DNA of 64,000 nt from Torpedo marmorata (GCA_977017645.1 OZ360227.1:40114001-40178000), one strand, 5' to 3'; positions 1 to 13,750 are shown, counted from the stretch's first letter. Notes: generated by a model not told the origin, from the letters alone. Numbers and translations are program-made.

Positions 1-250
1 ACGAATGCTCTTTGACCAGAAACATCAACTCTATTACTTTTCCCACAGGTGCAGCCTGACCTGTTCAGTATTTCCAGCATTTTGTTTTCCTTTCAAAATG
101 GAATAGGATACACACTTTGCAGGGCTATGGGGAACATGTGGGTGAATGAAGCTGACATGATTCTTCTCTGAGGAGCTGATTGAGATTTTAAGGGATGAAT
201 GGCCGCCTTCTGTGCCAAAGCAATCATATTTAGGTTCCTATGTGTGTATG

Positions 251-1712
251 CAGGAATAGCCATGGGTACCCGCATGGGTCCCAGCTACGCCTGCCTGTTT
301 GTGGGCTTTGTGGAGCAATCCATGATGCAAGCCTACACAGGCAAGACCCCTCATCTCTTCCTCCGTTATATCGACGACTACATCGGGGCTGCCTCATGCA
401 CCCGCGATGAGCTTGTCAACTTCATTCACTTCGCATCCAACTTCCACCACGATCTCAAACTCACCTGGTCCATCTCCGATAACTCTCCCCTTCCTGGATC
501 TCTCTGTCTCCATCTCAGGAGACAAGCTTTCCACCGACATTTACTACAAACCCTCCAACTCCCACAACTATCTGGACTACACTTCCTCACACCCTGTCCC
601 CTGCAAGGATTCCATCCCCTTCTCTCAATTTCTCCGCCTCTGCCGCATCTGTTCCCAAGATGAGGTCTTCCAGTCCAGATCTTCTGAAATGTCTGCCTTT
701 TTCCACAAACGTGGCTTCCCCTCCACCACCATCAACTCAGCCCTCACCCGCATCTCCTCCATTTCCCGCTCATCTGCCCTGGCCCCCTCTGCCCCCAGAC
801 GCAACAAACATAGAATCCCCCTCATCCTCACCTACCACCCCACCAGCCTCCGCATCCAACACATTATCCGCCGGAATTTCCGGCACTTACTACAGGATCC
901 CACCACCTAGACACATTTTTCCTTCTCCTCCCCTCGGCCTTCCGTAGGGACCGCTCCCTCCGCGATTCCCTCGTGCACTCATCCCTCCCCACCCATCGCA
1001 CCCCCGTCCCCTTCCCCTGTGCCCGCAGGAGGTGCAACACCTGCGCCCACACCTCCCCCCTCACCACGGTCCGGGGCCCCAAACAGGCCTTCCAAGTGAA
1101 ACTACACTTCACTTGTACATCCAGAGAACTTATTTACTGCATCTGGTGCTCCCTTTGTGGCTTTCTCTACATCGGAGAGACCGGTCGTAGATTGGGAGAT
1201 TGCTTTGCTGAGCACCTCCTCTCCGTCCGCAACAACAGTGACCTCCCAGTAGCCAACCATTTCAATTCCGGGTCACACTCCCACACTCACATGTCTGTCC
1301 ATGGCCTTATGTACTATCCCACCCAGACTACCCGCAAATTGGAGGAACAACATCTCATTTTCCATCTCGGCACTCTCCAGCCAGATGGCATTAACATTGA
1401 CTTTTCTGCTTTCCACTAAACCTGCTTGTCGTTCCCTTCCCCTCCCCCCCTCACCTGTCCTTCCTGTTTTTCTCCACCCACCCAGCCATCCCTCCTCCCC
1501 CTCTTTGCTGCTGTCCCCTCCCTCCTTTCTCCACCTATCATCTCCTGCCTTTGCCACCCCCCCTCACTCTTTTGTTCGGAAGCCTGCCGGCATTTTCTCA
1601 TACTTTGATGAAGGGCTCCAGCCCGAAACGTCGGTTATGTATTTCTACCTTTGCTGCATAAAAGACACTGTTTGACCTGCTGAGCTTCTCCAGCATTTGT
1701 GTTTTGTTTTTT
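251..1712 (+). mobile_element. Penelope-like retroelement (RT C-terminal half + GIY-YIG endonuclease), 5'-truncated, frameshifted
   Basis: ORFs 199-663/407-910/973-1419 give GIAMGTRMGPSYACLF..FLRYIDD, LPFLDL..TDIYYKP..YLDYTSSHP, then C-x4-C-x2-C and IYCIWCSLCGFLYIGETGRRL..FAEH (GIY-YIG). A pyrimidine-rich 3' region and a terminal repeat unit follow. Confidence 0.92.
1600..1640 (+). ncRNA. Minimal hammerhead ribozyme-like motif at Penelope 3' end
   Basis: TTGATGA-A-GGGC(TCCA)GCCC-GAAACGTC-GGTTAT: core UUGAUGA...GAAA, 4-bp helix II, palindromic ACGU in place of helix III. Related copies at ~6458-6495, 14597-14635(-), 37304-37341(-), 46192-46232. Confidence 0.65.
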
Positions 1713-2777
1713 TTACAAACACCTATGTTATCGTGTGTAACAGGAGGGAGTACAGTTCACCTTTTTATCTATTCCCACCAGACCACTGAGGGTTAATTTT
1801 TGGAATCGCGGAGCCCGTCCTACAGAGGGGGCTGCTCGGCCAGAACTGTAAATCAGACACAACCCCCCTGGCTCCGTGTCTCAACCCGGTGAGCCAGGCG
1901 GGCGTTTCCCGGCGTCTTTTCTGTGCTGTCTGGTTCCGGATCTCGCTCCACGTTCATGGTCAGCGCCTCCCCACCATCTTCTCTCTCCGAGATACCGCAG
2001 GGGCGGAGAGATTTTTTTTAAAAAAAATTGATTTTGGACTCCAGTCGGCGGCGCAGACGTCTGCAGTAAAAGGCCGAACCCGTCGGTGCCGGGAGTTTGG
2101 AGAACGGCGGCGGGGCACTGAGAGGAGGAGGAGGAGGAGGGAAGGCTGGGTCGAGCGGCCCCGGCCACCCCGCACCCCCAGCAGCAGAGCAGCGGGCTGG
2201 GGGGGAAGAGCAGACCCGCGGCCGCCCGGGGGACCCCGAATGGGCAACTGAAGTGGAGGGAGGAAGGAAGAAAGCAAGCCGCCCCCGACACGGCGGCGAC
2301 ACCGCCCGAGGCAGCGACTTGAATGGAAGGGGAACGCGCCGGCTCCAGCCCGGCCCTGGGAATGAGAGGGGAATAAATCACAGCCAACATTCACACAACT
2401 CCCCGCCGCTCCGAAGTGAGGAACAAGGAGTAAAAAAGAAATTAATTCATCGAAGGGAAAATCTTCAGGACCCTTTTCCCTTGTGTATTTTTTTCCCCTC
2501 TACCGTCAATCCCGCTTCGTCGAGAGGAAAAAAGGGACAAAGTGGGAATTTAAACAGGGGATTTTTCTCCCTCCCATCTTTTTAAAATTTCGGGTCGGAG
2601 CCGAATTCAACTTTGAGGAAGGTTCTGAAGGCAAACGGAGAGCTGCATTGTCCTGACCTTGCTCGAGTTTCCAGGACCATCTCCCCACCCCTCCTGCTCT
2701 TGGAAGTCGACGGCTCCCCCGCCCCCCGAAGACGAAAGAGGACAACGATCGACGGCGCAACCCGGGCCGGTCCTCAC

Positions 2778-2920
2778 CGCCTGGCCCCGGGCTCGAGGAG
2801 CCGCTCCCTCCCGCCCGCCTGGGCCGTTGGGCGCGCGGCGCCTGGCGCTGCCGCTCCGTCGGTGGGAAGGATGAGCGCGAGGTCCCAGGCGGCCGGCGCG
2901 GTGCTGCCCAGCTGTCAGTA
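2778..2920 (-). other. Putative first (likely non-coding) exon of a divergent minus-strand transcript
   Basis: Donor GCG|GTGAGG on the minus strand at 2778/2777, just beyond the GC boxes. The 5' boundary is estimated. Confidence 0.35.
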
Positions 2921-3015
2921 ACGAAGTGGGGGGCGGGGGTCGGCGGCGGGCGGGGGGCCGCACTGATTGCACGACGCTCGCCTTGATTATTCGTGCACGT
3001 TCATCCTCGCTGGAC

Positions 3016-3079
3016 ATGGCTGCTTCCTTCTGCTTTCTCTTCGTTGGGATGCAGGCCGCCTTGTTGAGCGCCGGGGGCG
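3016..3079 (+). CDS. Putative first coding exon encoding a signal-peptide-like N-terminus (MAASFCFLFVGMQAALLSAGG, phase-1 intron)
   Basis: ATG at 3016 in strong Kozak context (GGACATGG), 21 codons with a hydrophobic core and small-residue end, and a consensus donor CG|GTAAGT at 3079/3080 at the island edge. It could alternatively be a non-coding exon with a uORF. Confidence 0.5.
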
Positions 3080-5104
3080 GTAAGTGACTGATTCCCTCCT
3101 GCTCGCTTCGGGGATGGCGGGATCAACGTGGTGGGTTGCAGACAGATTTAAAGAGACTGCAACAGCCTCCCTCCCGTGTGGAGGGCAGCAGCCAAGGCGG
3201 AGAGAGGGGGTGGGGTAAGAGAGGCAGTGGGGAAGGTATGAAATAAGCAAGAATATGGGGTGGAGAGAGCGAGAAGGGGAGTATGACCGTGGTTGGCACT
3301 GAATCATAAACACTGGACTTGTATAGAACAGAAAACAATACAGCCCAGGAACAGATGATGTCTGGGCCGAAAATTAAACTGAAACGCTGCTTGCATATGG
3401 AATATATCCCTCCACTCCCTTCCTATTCGTACATTCTTCTAGTAGCATTTTAAACTCTGGTATCTACCCCTGGCAGCCAAGTCCAAACATCGACCGATGT
3501 TGGGGGGAGCTTGCCTGGCACATCTCCTTTAACCTCCCTCCAGCTTAAACAGAGACGCCTTGTAATATTTGACAAAAGATTCTGTCTACCCTATCCACGC
3601 CTCTCGTACTTTTATTTTATCCCAAAGTGTAATACTTCACACTTGGCGGGATTAAACTCCATCTGCCACTTGGGCTCAATATTTTAAAATTATTTACTTG
3701 AGATTGGTTCTTTGTGGAGAAATTCAAATGTATATTTTCTAAAACTGTCATCAAACTGGTAAAGCATTTATTCTAGAACACTGCTGGGTTGGAATAAGAT
3801 TTGATTTGGTTTTGGTTCCCATGAATGCCTGAGTATTCAACTCGCACTGCGTCTGTTGTGCAACTGCCCACTATAAACCTGAATCAAGAGAAGAAATGTG
3901 TTTACTGAGTGTGCCCCAAGGCTGCATTTGTATTTCAATGCAGCTAAACTCCAGCTTGTTTTCTTCTAGTACAGTATTTGTGAATAATGGTTGCAGTCTT
4001 GATTTTGGCTTGGTGTGGGGGGGGGGGGGAGTGGCAAGAATAAGGTGGGTGGAAGAAAGAAATTTGATAGGATTGTAGTTTTATGATGACACTGAAGCAA
4101 GTTCTCACCTTTGTAATTATCATTGGATATTGGAATACTGTGAATGCAGATGTATGGCGAGGCTTCCCTTGTAAGCCTGATTGTTTGGAAACAAAACACC
4201 CAGACTTTACATGTGAAGGAACTTCTGCAATTGAGCAGAATTGGAAACTTGTGGGTTCTGATCACTATTGACATTCTCGAATTGCATATTGTATGATTTA
4301 ATTTGGAATTAAAAATAAAACTTGCATGGATGGCAAAGCTGTGTGGCATTGGAACATTCACTGAGCATACTTTAGTTTTGACGGTAATACACTCTTGAGC
4401 AACAGTTGTACCCTGCAAGTGGTGATCATTCCAAAATAAAGCAACTTCCAATCTGTTGTCTCGACATTTGGTAATAAACTTTTTCTGATTTTTTTTTTGA
4501 AAATACCTTTAGAAATGTTGTGGACAATGGACTTGCATCCGATTTTCATTTAGTTTGAGTGTATTGAGCGTATCTTCAGCTGTGTACATTGACAGAAACA
4601 ACAGTGAATGAGAGGAAAAGAATGAAAGGTGGTGGATAGATGACACAATTGCAAATTGAGGAAATCTGAAGTAAAGATAGCAGAAGTATACGGTACAATG
4701 GATTAGTTCAATGTTTGTGAAGAGGCAGATTTAGTTGAGATTTATGTTTTAGTTTGTCCATTGATGTGTATTTAAGGAAACCAGTGGATGTAGCATTTCT
4801 GAATGTCAAAAAGACAAGTGACTACAAAAAAGGTAGTTAAATAAAGAAGGATCTTGCTGGTTTGGGGCTAATTTAGTATATTACCTTGGAGAGAAGAGCA
4901 ATTGTTTTCAAGTTGGAACAGGAGTTGTGAAACACACTGGAGAAGGCTGAGCTATGTTAAAAGGAGGGTGGAACTGAGTGAAATTAACAATTACTGTTTA
5001 TAATTCAGATAGAGAATGGGACTAGGAAGGAGTTGAGGCGAACTGGGAACTGAAGTGAGGTTCAGCAGAAAACAGCTTGAATATTATATGTACACACACA
5101 CAAG

Positions 5105-8100
5105 AAACTTACAAAAAAAATAGAAGCAGGAGTAGGCCACCTGGCTTCCTACCAGATCATTGCTACTCTACCTCAGGCCTCAAAGTACTGTTTTTTCCCA
5201 GATCCCTATACCATTCAATCCCTAGATCTTTCAAAATGTATGTACTTCCACTTTAAATATTTCTAATGAGCTATCTTCCATAATTCTCGGGCAAACAATT
5301 CTAGACATTCACCATCCTCTGAGAAAAAGAATTCTGTATACCTTGGTTTTAAACGACTGATCCCTTGTCTTTAAACTCATTCGATATTATCCTTGTAGTG
5401 AAAACATCTCAACATCTACCTTGTCCTTGCTCCTCAGGATCTTGTTTCAATAAGGTTTTCTGTTATTCCTCTGAACACCAAATATATACCCAACCTGTTT
5501 AATCTCTCTTGATAGGATAATCCCGTCATCCAGGAATTAGTTTGAATTTCTTTTGTACTGCTTCCAATCCTTTAGGTGCAGCGTCAGCAGTTACGTTTAT
5601 AATTGTAACAAAATTTACGTGTTTCTAAACCAACACTTTTGCAATAAAGGCCATTAGGCCACTTGTTTACTGTACTCGCTGCATTTGTCCGATCCCATAT
5701 TGCGATTCATTCACTAGAATATCTAGATCCCTTTAGGCTTGCAGTTTCATTGATTGGTATTGACCCCTCATTGCTGGACAGTCTATAATGATGTACAAGC
5801 AGGCTATGATACACAGTTGCGTGGAAATATGAACTGAGGTTGCAAAGGAATATAGTTTAAGTGAGTGGGTGAGAAGTAAAAATTGGGCGAGTTGTATAGG
5901 GAAATGGGAAGCTGATTGGAAGAACTGAAAAGAACAATAATGCAAAAGGAGGGAAACTAGTAAATGTTGCTGTACAGAGGAATCTAGTTTTTCTGGCCCA
6001 TTAAAGTGCAGAATAATAATGTTGGAAGATACATTGTACATTGACTTTTATTGCAATGGCATTGGTGTACAAGAATAATGACATCTTATGCAACTGCATA
6101 GGGGTTTGGTGAGACCACAGCTGGATTGTAGTTTCTGGTTTTGGTCTCTATACTTTGGTGGAATCACAGTATAGATTTGCTGGATCCTGGGATAAAAGAA
6201 TTGTCCTTGAGAAATTCAGTCTGATTGTCTTGTACTTTAAGATTAGAACAATGAAAGGTGATCTCACTGAAACGTAAAATAGAGAAGAATAAGACGAGAA
6301 GCTGAGAGGCAGGTTTTTCCATCTGGAGAGTTCAGAGGTTGGAGGCAAAGTTTCAGGATAAATGATTACCCTATGGCTGCAGAACTGAGATGAAGAGAAG
6401 TTACTTGAGGATTATCAATCTCTGAGGAAGTGTATATGTGCCTGCATTTTGCTCATGCCTTGATGAAAGGCTCCAGCCTGAAATATTGGTTATGTATCTT
6501 TATTTTTGCTACATAAAGAACGCTGCGTGACTTGCTGAGTTTCTCGAGCGTTTTTGTGTAAAATAAAATTATCCTTCGGGTTCCTATTAAATCTCTCACA
6601 CCTCATCTTAAACCTATGGCTTCTGGTTACCGATTTCCTCTACTCTGGCCAAAAGTCTCTGTGCGTTCACCTGATTTATTCCTCTCATTTTGTATACCTC
6701 TATGAGATCATCCCTCATTGTCCTGTGCATTGTCCAGAATGAAGCCCTAGTCTGCTCAACCACTCCCTGTAGCTCAGGCCCCAGAATCCTGGCCACATCT
6801 CGTAAGTCTTCTCTGTACCCTCTCCATCTTGACCTCCATCTTGACGGCATCTTTCCTGTAGCACAGTGACCACAACTGAGCCCAATACTCCAAATGGTGC
6901 CTCACCAATGTCTTGTACAACTGCAACCGGAAAATTCACTTATCTGGCATCTACCAATCCCCATAGGTGCTGGATACCAGGGGTTTTACTGTACTATGTA
7001 CATGTATTCTTACATCCCTCTGCTCTACAATACTCCCCAGGTCCCTCCCATTCACTCTGTCGATCCTACCCATGGTAGACTTTCCAAAATGCAACACCTC
7101 ACATATCTCTGTTTTAAATTCCATCAACCATTCCTCTGCCCACCTGCCAAACCGATCAAAATCCTGCTACAATTTTTAGCAATCATCTTTGCTATCTACA
7201 ATACCAGACACTTTTGTGTCATCTGCAAACTTGCTAATCATGCCATGTATGTTTTCATCTGAATCATTGAAAAAGATATCAAACAGCAATGGGCACGACG
7301 ACACTGAATCCTGAGGCACACCACTAGTCACAGGCCTCCAGTCTGAAAAAAATAATCTTCCACCATCACCCTCTGCTTTCTTCCATGAAGCCAATTTTCT
7401 ATCCATTCCGCTATCTCACATTGGATCCCATGTGATCTAATCTTCCAGCCAGCCTACCATGTGGAACCTTATCGAATGCCTTGCTAAATCCATGTATACA
7501 AATCATGTGCAATTCATGCACTGAATCAACTTGCCTTTTTTCATTCTCTTTCAAATCCTTGGTTCCTCGTTTCCTCTCCTCTTTCTTCATCCTTGCGTTC
7601 TTTCTTTTTCATGACTTCCATTTTCTGATCATTTTGTTTTCCAGTTAAGTTGCATGTGGAATGATGTGGCCTATGTTCCTTTCTTGAATGCTCAACCCCA
7701 AATACATCATTACTCACAAATAATGTTAACACAATATAATTTGTAATAATTAATGTAGCAATCTATTAATATATTAACACACAGTATGGGGGAAAGAAAA
7801 ACAATTGGGCATGGTATTGGGCTGTTGCCTGGCCACTAGTTTAAGTTTGCTTGCCTGCTTGTATTTTAGTTGGTAAATGTTCCAGAAGAGGAAGGAAATA
7901 CATGGTAATGACCTTTCCGCACATGTAGAACTAATTTTGAGAAGCTAAGTTTGTTTGAAAAAATCTCTAATTAACCTGGAAAATATAATGGATTACAAAA
8001 TGATACTTGTGCATATTAAAGAAATTGTTCAACTTTTTCACTTCGAGGGAATCCATGTCTTGAATGAGGAATCTACAGAAGTGGGTATGATTTTGACGTT

Positions 8101-8360
8101 CAAAAGACATTTGGACAGGTGCCTGTGTAAGAACTGTTTAGATGAGGAGAGAGTTGATAGAGGTATATAAAATTGAGAGGTATAGAGGAAATGCGAGCAG
8201 GCTTTGTCCACTGAGGTTAGGTGAGACAAGGACTGGAGGACATGGTTTTATGGTTCTCTAGGGAGATGGGCCAAATGCAGGCAAATAGATTAGTGTAGTT
8301 GGGCATCTTAATCACTATGGGCTGTTGGGCCAAATGGCCTACTTCTGTACTGTATAAATC
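5105..8360. mobile_element. Cluster of decayed CR1 LINE 3' fragments in both orientations
   Basis: CR1 RT remnants, e.g. minus ORF 7176-7406 [20 protein letters not shown], and DLIEVYKM-type C-terminal segments. Boundaries are approximate. Confidence 0.75.
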
Positions 8361-9975
8361 TACAAATTTGCTCGTGGTAATGCTGGTTCAGTTCTAAGGC
8401 AATATTTCAATTGCTTTAATAATGGTACTACTGTTTGTAGTCCATGTAAAGCTTATTACAACATTCTGTCTGTGTAAATTTAGTTGGAAGCATTCCAATC
8501 CAAGCTGCAAGTGCCAAAAATAATAATTGTCACTGACGTGGCTGCACTAGCTGTTTTGAAAGTACAAATTGTTGGGGTGGACTGCCCTGCGGAAAGGTCA
8601 TGGTTTTGGACAAGAGTTGTGATGATGGAATGTCAAAAGTGACAATCTGATAATCAATGATTCACAAATGCACAAAAAATATTCTGCAAATAAATAAAAC
8701 AGACTTTTAATTGCCTTTAATTTTCTCTTTGTTCACTTAAAACATTGCTTCTTTAGTTGGATGCAATGAGTCTTGAGGGACTGGGATTCTACATGCTGAA
8801 TATAACATCCGAATTGGAGATGCAAGCTGAGCCTGGATGAACTGCATCAGAAGACTGCTAATCAAAGCTGAATGGGGTTGTTGCTTTGCCTCACACGAGC
8901 TTTTCAGCAGGAATTGCTGGCATTGATGATGTTGGAAACCCTGGCTAATGTTTATCTTTCTAGTCCAGAAACTCTGCTAAATATGAACCTGGCTGACCTG
9001 ACTGTTAATTTCGTACTGATTAGGATTCACATGTGGAATTTTAAAATTTTATTTTGGTCTGTCTTTAACAGTAAATCATTAGTGAGGTAGCTGTAAAGGA
9101 GTGTCCAAAATTTTTGTTTCTATTCCTTTTGCTCGTTTTAAAATTAAAATGATATTTTGAAAGTGACAGAGTGTGGGATGACCTTATGGAAGCAGCTGCT
9201 TTGCTGGAATTGCATTTGTACTCTGAGAGTAAACTAAACCATTAAAAGCAATGAGTGAAGAGCTCAGCTTGTAAGGGCTCTCTGCCAGTTCTGCTCAGTC
9301 AGTTCCTGCAATAGGATGAGGCTTGACAGTCTTATCAGTCAGTGGCCTTGTGGCCTTTTCATAATTTTCAAATGCTACTTGCAGTGGTGTTTGTGTGGTC
9401 CAGGAAGCAGGTGGATTGCCCTCTAGACTGGGAAAGAAGTATTTAAAAAAAAAAAATAAAAATGTTTCACTGGTGACCTGCAGTCAGACAGATGTTGGTT
9501 CAAGTCTCTGTCTAGAGATTGAGTCATAGATGTACAGCACAGAAATGGGTTCTATGGCCCACCACATCAATGCTAACCATTAAGTACTTGTTCATTCCAA
9601 ATTAATTTACCAGCACTTGGTCTGTAGCCTTCTATGTCTTGGTGATTCAAGTGGTTGTCCAGATACTTAAATGTGTGAGAGAGTACTTGCTGTCATTACC
9701 CCCTTGGGTAATACATTCCAGATTCTAACACTCTCTGGGAGGGAGAAAAAACACCTTAGATCTGCGCTAAACCCCTTGCCCATACACTTCAGTGCAGAGA
9801 TGAGGGAATGCTACATTTTTAAAGGCTATAATTTTTTGCACCTTCTCTCAGATCCAGAAAACTTTGAAGAGGGGTGTTATTGGTAGAGTTCAGAACAATG
9901 TATTTATCCTTTACCTGACATTCATAAAGCAGTCACTCGCATTATGTAGAAGCTTATTGTGTTTGTTGGCTGCTA

Positions 9976-10907
9976 CAGTGCCCTCCATAATGTTTAGCAC
10001 AAAGACACTTTTTTCCTTGCTGCTGTGCTCTGCAGTTTTAAATTTGTAATCAAACAATTCACGTGATTAAAATGCACATTCCAGCTTTTATTCAAGGTTA
10101 TTTGTATACATTTTGGTTTGACCATGTAAAAATTACAGCACTTTTTATACATAGTCCCCTCATTTCAGGGCACCATAATGTTTGGGACATTTGGCTTCAC
10201 AGGTGTTTGTGAGTGCTCAGGTATGTTTAATTGCTTCATTGGTGCAGGTATAGGATAGCTAGGCTTGATTCTAAGCCTTTGATCACATTTAGAGTCTGTA
10301 GTTGCCATTTTTCTCCGACCAGAGTTTTGCTAATGAAAGTCAAAGAAACCATTGTGGCTGAAAAACAAGAATAAAACAGAAAGAGACATCGCCCAAAACT
10401 TAGGATTACTAAAATCAACAGTTTGGAGCATCATTAAGAAGAAAGAGCGTACTGGTGAGCTCAGTTATTGCAAAGGGACTGGTATTCCAAGGAGGACCTC
10501 CACTGCTGATGACAGAAGAATTCTCATCATAATGAAGAAAAATCCCCAAACAGCTGTCCCACAGATCAGAAACATTCTTCAGGAGGCAGGTGTGGATGTG
10601 GCAATGACTACTGTCTGCAGAAGACTTCATGAACAGAAATACAGAGGCTTCTCTGCAAGATACAAACCATGGCAAAGGTGGTATGCTTTGGATCTTGGGC
10701 AGTTCCTTTACGCCTCCACACTTTGCTCTTGCCATCACTCTGATACAGGTTAATCTTGGTCTCATTTGTCCACAATACCTTTTTTTCAGAATTCTGCAGG
10801 CTCTTTTAAATACTTCTTGGCAAACTGTAATCTGGCCATCCTTTCTGTGGCTAACTGGTGGTTTGCATCTTGCAGTGTAGCCTCTGTATTTCTGTTCATG
10901 AAGTCTT
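9976..10907 (+). mobile_element. Tc1-family DNA transposon, left end and N-terminal transposase, rearranged
   Basis: TA|CAGTGCCCTCCATAATGTTT terminus with an internal repeat at ~10171. ORF 10352: RDIAQNLGLLKSTVWSIIKK..G.PRRTS..DDRRI (paired-like HTH, GRPR-like motif). 10670-10907 is downstream transposase sequence in inverted orientation. Confidence 0.85.
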
Positions 10908-12209
10908 ATGTACTTCATATGTACAGTTTGTGTGTGTTGAGTCTGGCTGTGTATTTGCATGTTTTTGCACTGAGGACTGGAGAACGCTGTTTCGTCGTGT
11001 TGCATTTGTACAATCGGATGACAATAAACTTGAACTTGAAGAGGACTGGAAGGTTCAATACCAGAGAAGGAAGAACCAAAAAAGAGAGTTATTTGTGACT
11101 GTATTTAGCATTCTATGTTCTCAGATCTTACAATGAAAATCTGCTGACATTGTGAGTTGGCAGAAACAGCAGAAGAAGATTCTGGTCTATGAAAATGGGG
11201 AAAACAAATTTATGAATAATCACAAGTGCATTTTTGCTCAATCCGTCCTTCTGTTATCCCACCTTGCTTATCCAGGTGCTTTGACTCTTTGGGAGAAACT
11301 GCTGCAAAGGAGGAAATGATGTCTGCTCCCTTGACTTTAGTTCTGGCTAACCATTGCTATGCTTAATGTATTGCTTCTGTCTGAAGACTTTCATTTATGA
11401 AGACATTTTTTTGTTAGCATACATTAAACCATCAAGCCTCAATTTTTCCACCATACTTTGTAGCCAAGAGTGAACTAATTATCTCATTGCAACTTCAGGA
11501 CATGTTTGAATGATGAAACATGGGTTTAATTATTATAAAACATTTATGGATAACTGATGGTTTTGGGTTAATATTGTCATAAGATTTAATAACAATCAAA
11601 ATATTTTATTGCTGGCTAATGCTCCTGTTATTTAGCACTTACATTTTCTCAAAAATTAGTCTGTAACTTCTGTACCCATGTGATAAAGAGACAGATCTCT
11701 AATCACCAGTACACATTATGGCAGAAGGAAAACGGACCACGGTGTCTACAGATTTTCATGTTTTCCTTTTTTTCACATTATGGCAGACCTAGACCCACCA
11801 GTGTTGTATCCAAGTGTGATACCATGACAGATCAATACGATAACCTGGTGTTATACAGTGACAGATCTATGCTCATGACCTGTACCATAGAATTAAAATG
11901 ACAAACATGTACCTCCCAGTATTTCACTCTAATGCAATACTGCAGTTGATCTATTTGATACTTTATTGTTTTTTCAGAGGGCGTCAGCTTCAAGTAACTT
12001 TATCAGGCTTGTGTCTCAGTCCACATGGAGGAAGGAATTTGTGTGGTATCTTTTACGTTTCAGAATGCTTGAGCATTTTAGTGTTAATTATTTAGTTACC
12101 GTATATTTCGGCGTATAAGTCGACCGGCGGATAAGTCGACCCCCCTTTTTCAGCCTCATTTTAATGGTTTTATGGTATATCCGGCGTATAAGTCGACCCC
12201 AAAAATCTC

Positions 12210-12394
12210 GATGCCTGAGATGTTGCGCATTGACCGGCGTATAAGTCGACCCTCAAAAAACGCGATGATTGAGCTGCTGGGCGTTGACCGGCGTATAGGT
12301 CGACCCATAACGATCGCGATCATTGAGCTGCTGGGCGTTGACCGGCGTATAGGTCGACCCATAACGATCGCGATCATTGAGCTGCTGGGCGTTG
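12210..12394 (+). repeat. 54-bp tandem repeat (~3.4 copies) in pogo left subterminal region
   Basis: Unit GATCATTGAGCTGCTGGGCGTTGACCGGCGTATAGGTCGACCCATAACGATCGC, which contains the TIR core motif. Confidence 0.9.
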
Positions 12395-12413
12395 GCTGGA
12401 GGTGATTGTTATC

Positions 12414-13750
12414 ATGGAGGCTCCATTGAAGGCTCAATTGAAACGACGAAAGTATGAGGCGAGTTTTAAATTGAAAGTAATAGAAATGGCCAAGAAAACC
12501 AACAACTGTGCTGCTGCAAGAAAATTTGGTATATATGAGAAGTTGGTAAGAGATTGGAGGAAGAAAGAAGAGACTTTAAGAAAAATACCAAAAAGGCAAT
12601 GTTCCATGAGAAGAGGAATCACTCGTTGGCCAGAGTTGGAAAATCATGTAGCAGCATGGGTACGTGAACAGAGGCAAGATTGCTACATAGTCACCGAAAT
12701 AAAATAAGAACATTTGCACTGAACTGGGCAAAGTCGCACCCAGAACTCAGTAATGATTTTGAAGCTTCAGTAGGCTGGTGCAACCGTTTTATGAACAGGA
12801 AAAATCTGGTATTACGACAAAAAACTAAAATTGCTCAGAAACTACCAAAAGATCTTGATCATAAAGTTGTAAGTTTTCACCAGTTTATTTTACGTAACCG
12901 GAAGAAACACAAGTTTGCATTGGCAAATATTGGAAACATGGACGAAACCCCCATGAATTTTGACATGATAGGCAATAGAACAGTGGAATGGAAAGGTGTG
13001 AAAACTGTACAAACCAGGAGTACAGGACATGAAAGGACCAGGTTTACTGCGGTGTTATCGTGCATGGCCGACGGGACAAAGTTAAGACCCATGGTAATCT
13101 TCAAGCGCAAACTTAAACCTAAGATGAATTTCCCAGCAGGTATTTTTGTACATTTTCATGAAAAAGGATGGATGGATGAAAATGGTGTAAAACTATGGAT
13201 AGACAATGTGTGGAACAAGCGGCCAGGCGGTTTACGCAAGGAACGGAGTTTGCTGGTCTGGGATATGTTTCGTAGCCACTTAACTGAGAAGACTAAAAGT
13301 ACATTAGCACAACATAATACTCACATGGCGGTTATCCCGGGTGGTTTGACGTCTATATTGCAACCTCTCGATGTCTGCTTGAACAAGCCATTCAAAGACC
13401 ACGTGCGTGAAGAGTGGAATACATGGATGTCGAGTGCAGAAAAATCATTTACAAAAGGCGGGGCAATGCGTGCTGCATCGCTTGATGTGCTGTGTGACTT
13501 CGTGCTCAAGGCATGGGACAAAGTGAAAGTAGAGACTGTAATAAAATCGTTTAAAAAGTGCGGTATCTCTTGTGCAATTGATGGTACGGAAGATGATTTA
13601 TTGTGGGACACTGACGACGAAGCTGAAGCCGCCTCATCAGATACAGACTGGGACCCGTACGATGACTGTTTAAACAGTGAGACCCCGGATGTGCTTGCCG
13701 AGATCTTTGCCTCAGACGATGATAGCGAAAGTGATTTTGAAGGGTTCTAA
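12414..13750 (+). pseudogene. pogo transposase (Brinker-type DBD + CENP-B HTH + DDE_1) with a single frameshift near 12695
   Basis: RRKYEASFKLKVI..AAARKFGI.EKLVRDWRK, F.AS.GWCNRFMNR, NMDETP, LLVWDMF, LQPLDV. 35 residues counted between the 2nd and 3rd Asp. Acidic C-terminal tail. Confidence 0.92.

Larger units (their letters stand above)
1805..3200. promoter_or_regulatory. CpG island / probable bidirectional promoter with GC boxes
   Basis: Sharp rise in GC and CpG content against a CpG-depleted background. Sp1-type GGGGCGGGGG/GGGCGGGG boxes at ~2927-2957. Outward-facing splice donors lie on both strands. Confidence 0.85.

Noticed and set aside
1881-3017. Multiple overlapping 70-170 aa ORFs in the CpG island
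   Set aside because: Pro/Gly/Arg-rich frames on both strands are expected from stop-codon scarcity in GC-rich DNA, and no domain is recognisable.
11978-12045. Candidate exon 2 (TTTTTCAG acceptor)
   Set aside because: The phase-1 frame hits TAA after six codons, and the donor is weak.
12210-12394. CRISPR-like array (also 39120-39430)
   Set aside because: These are tandem units without unique spacers, in a eukaryotic context with no cas genes.
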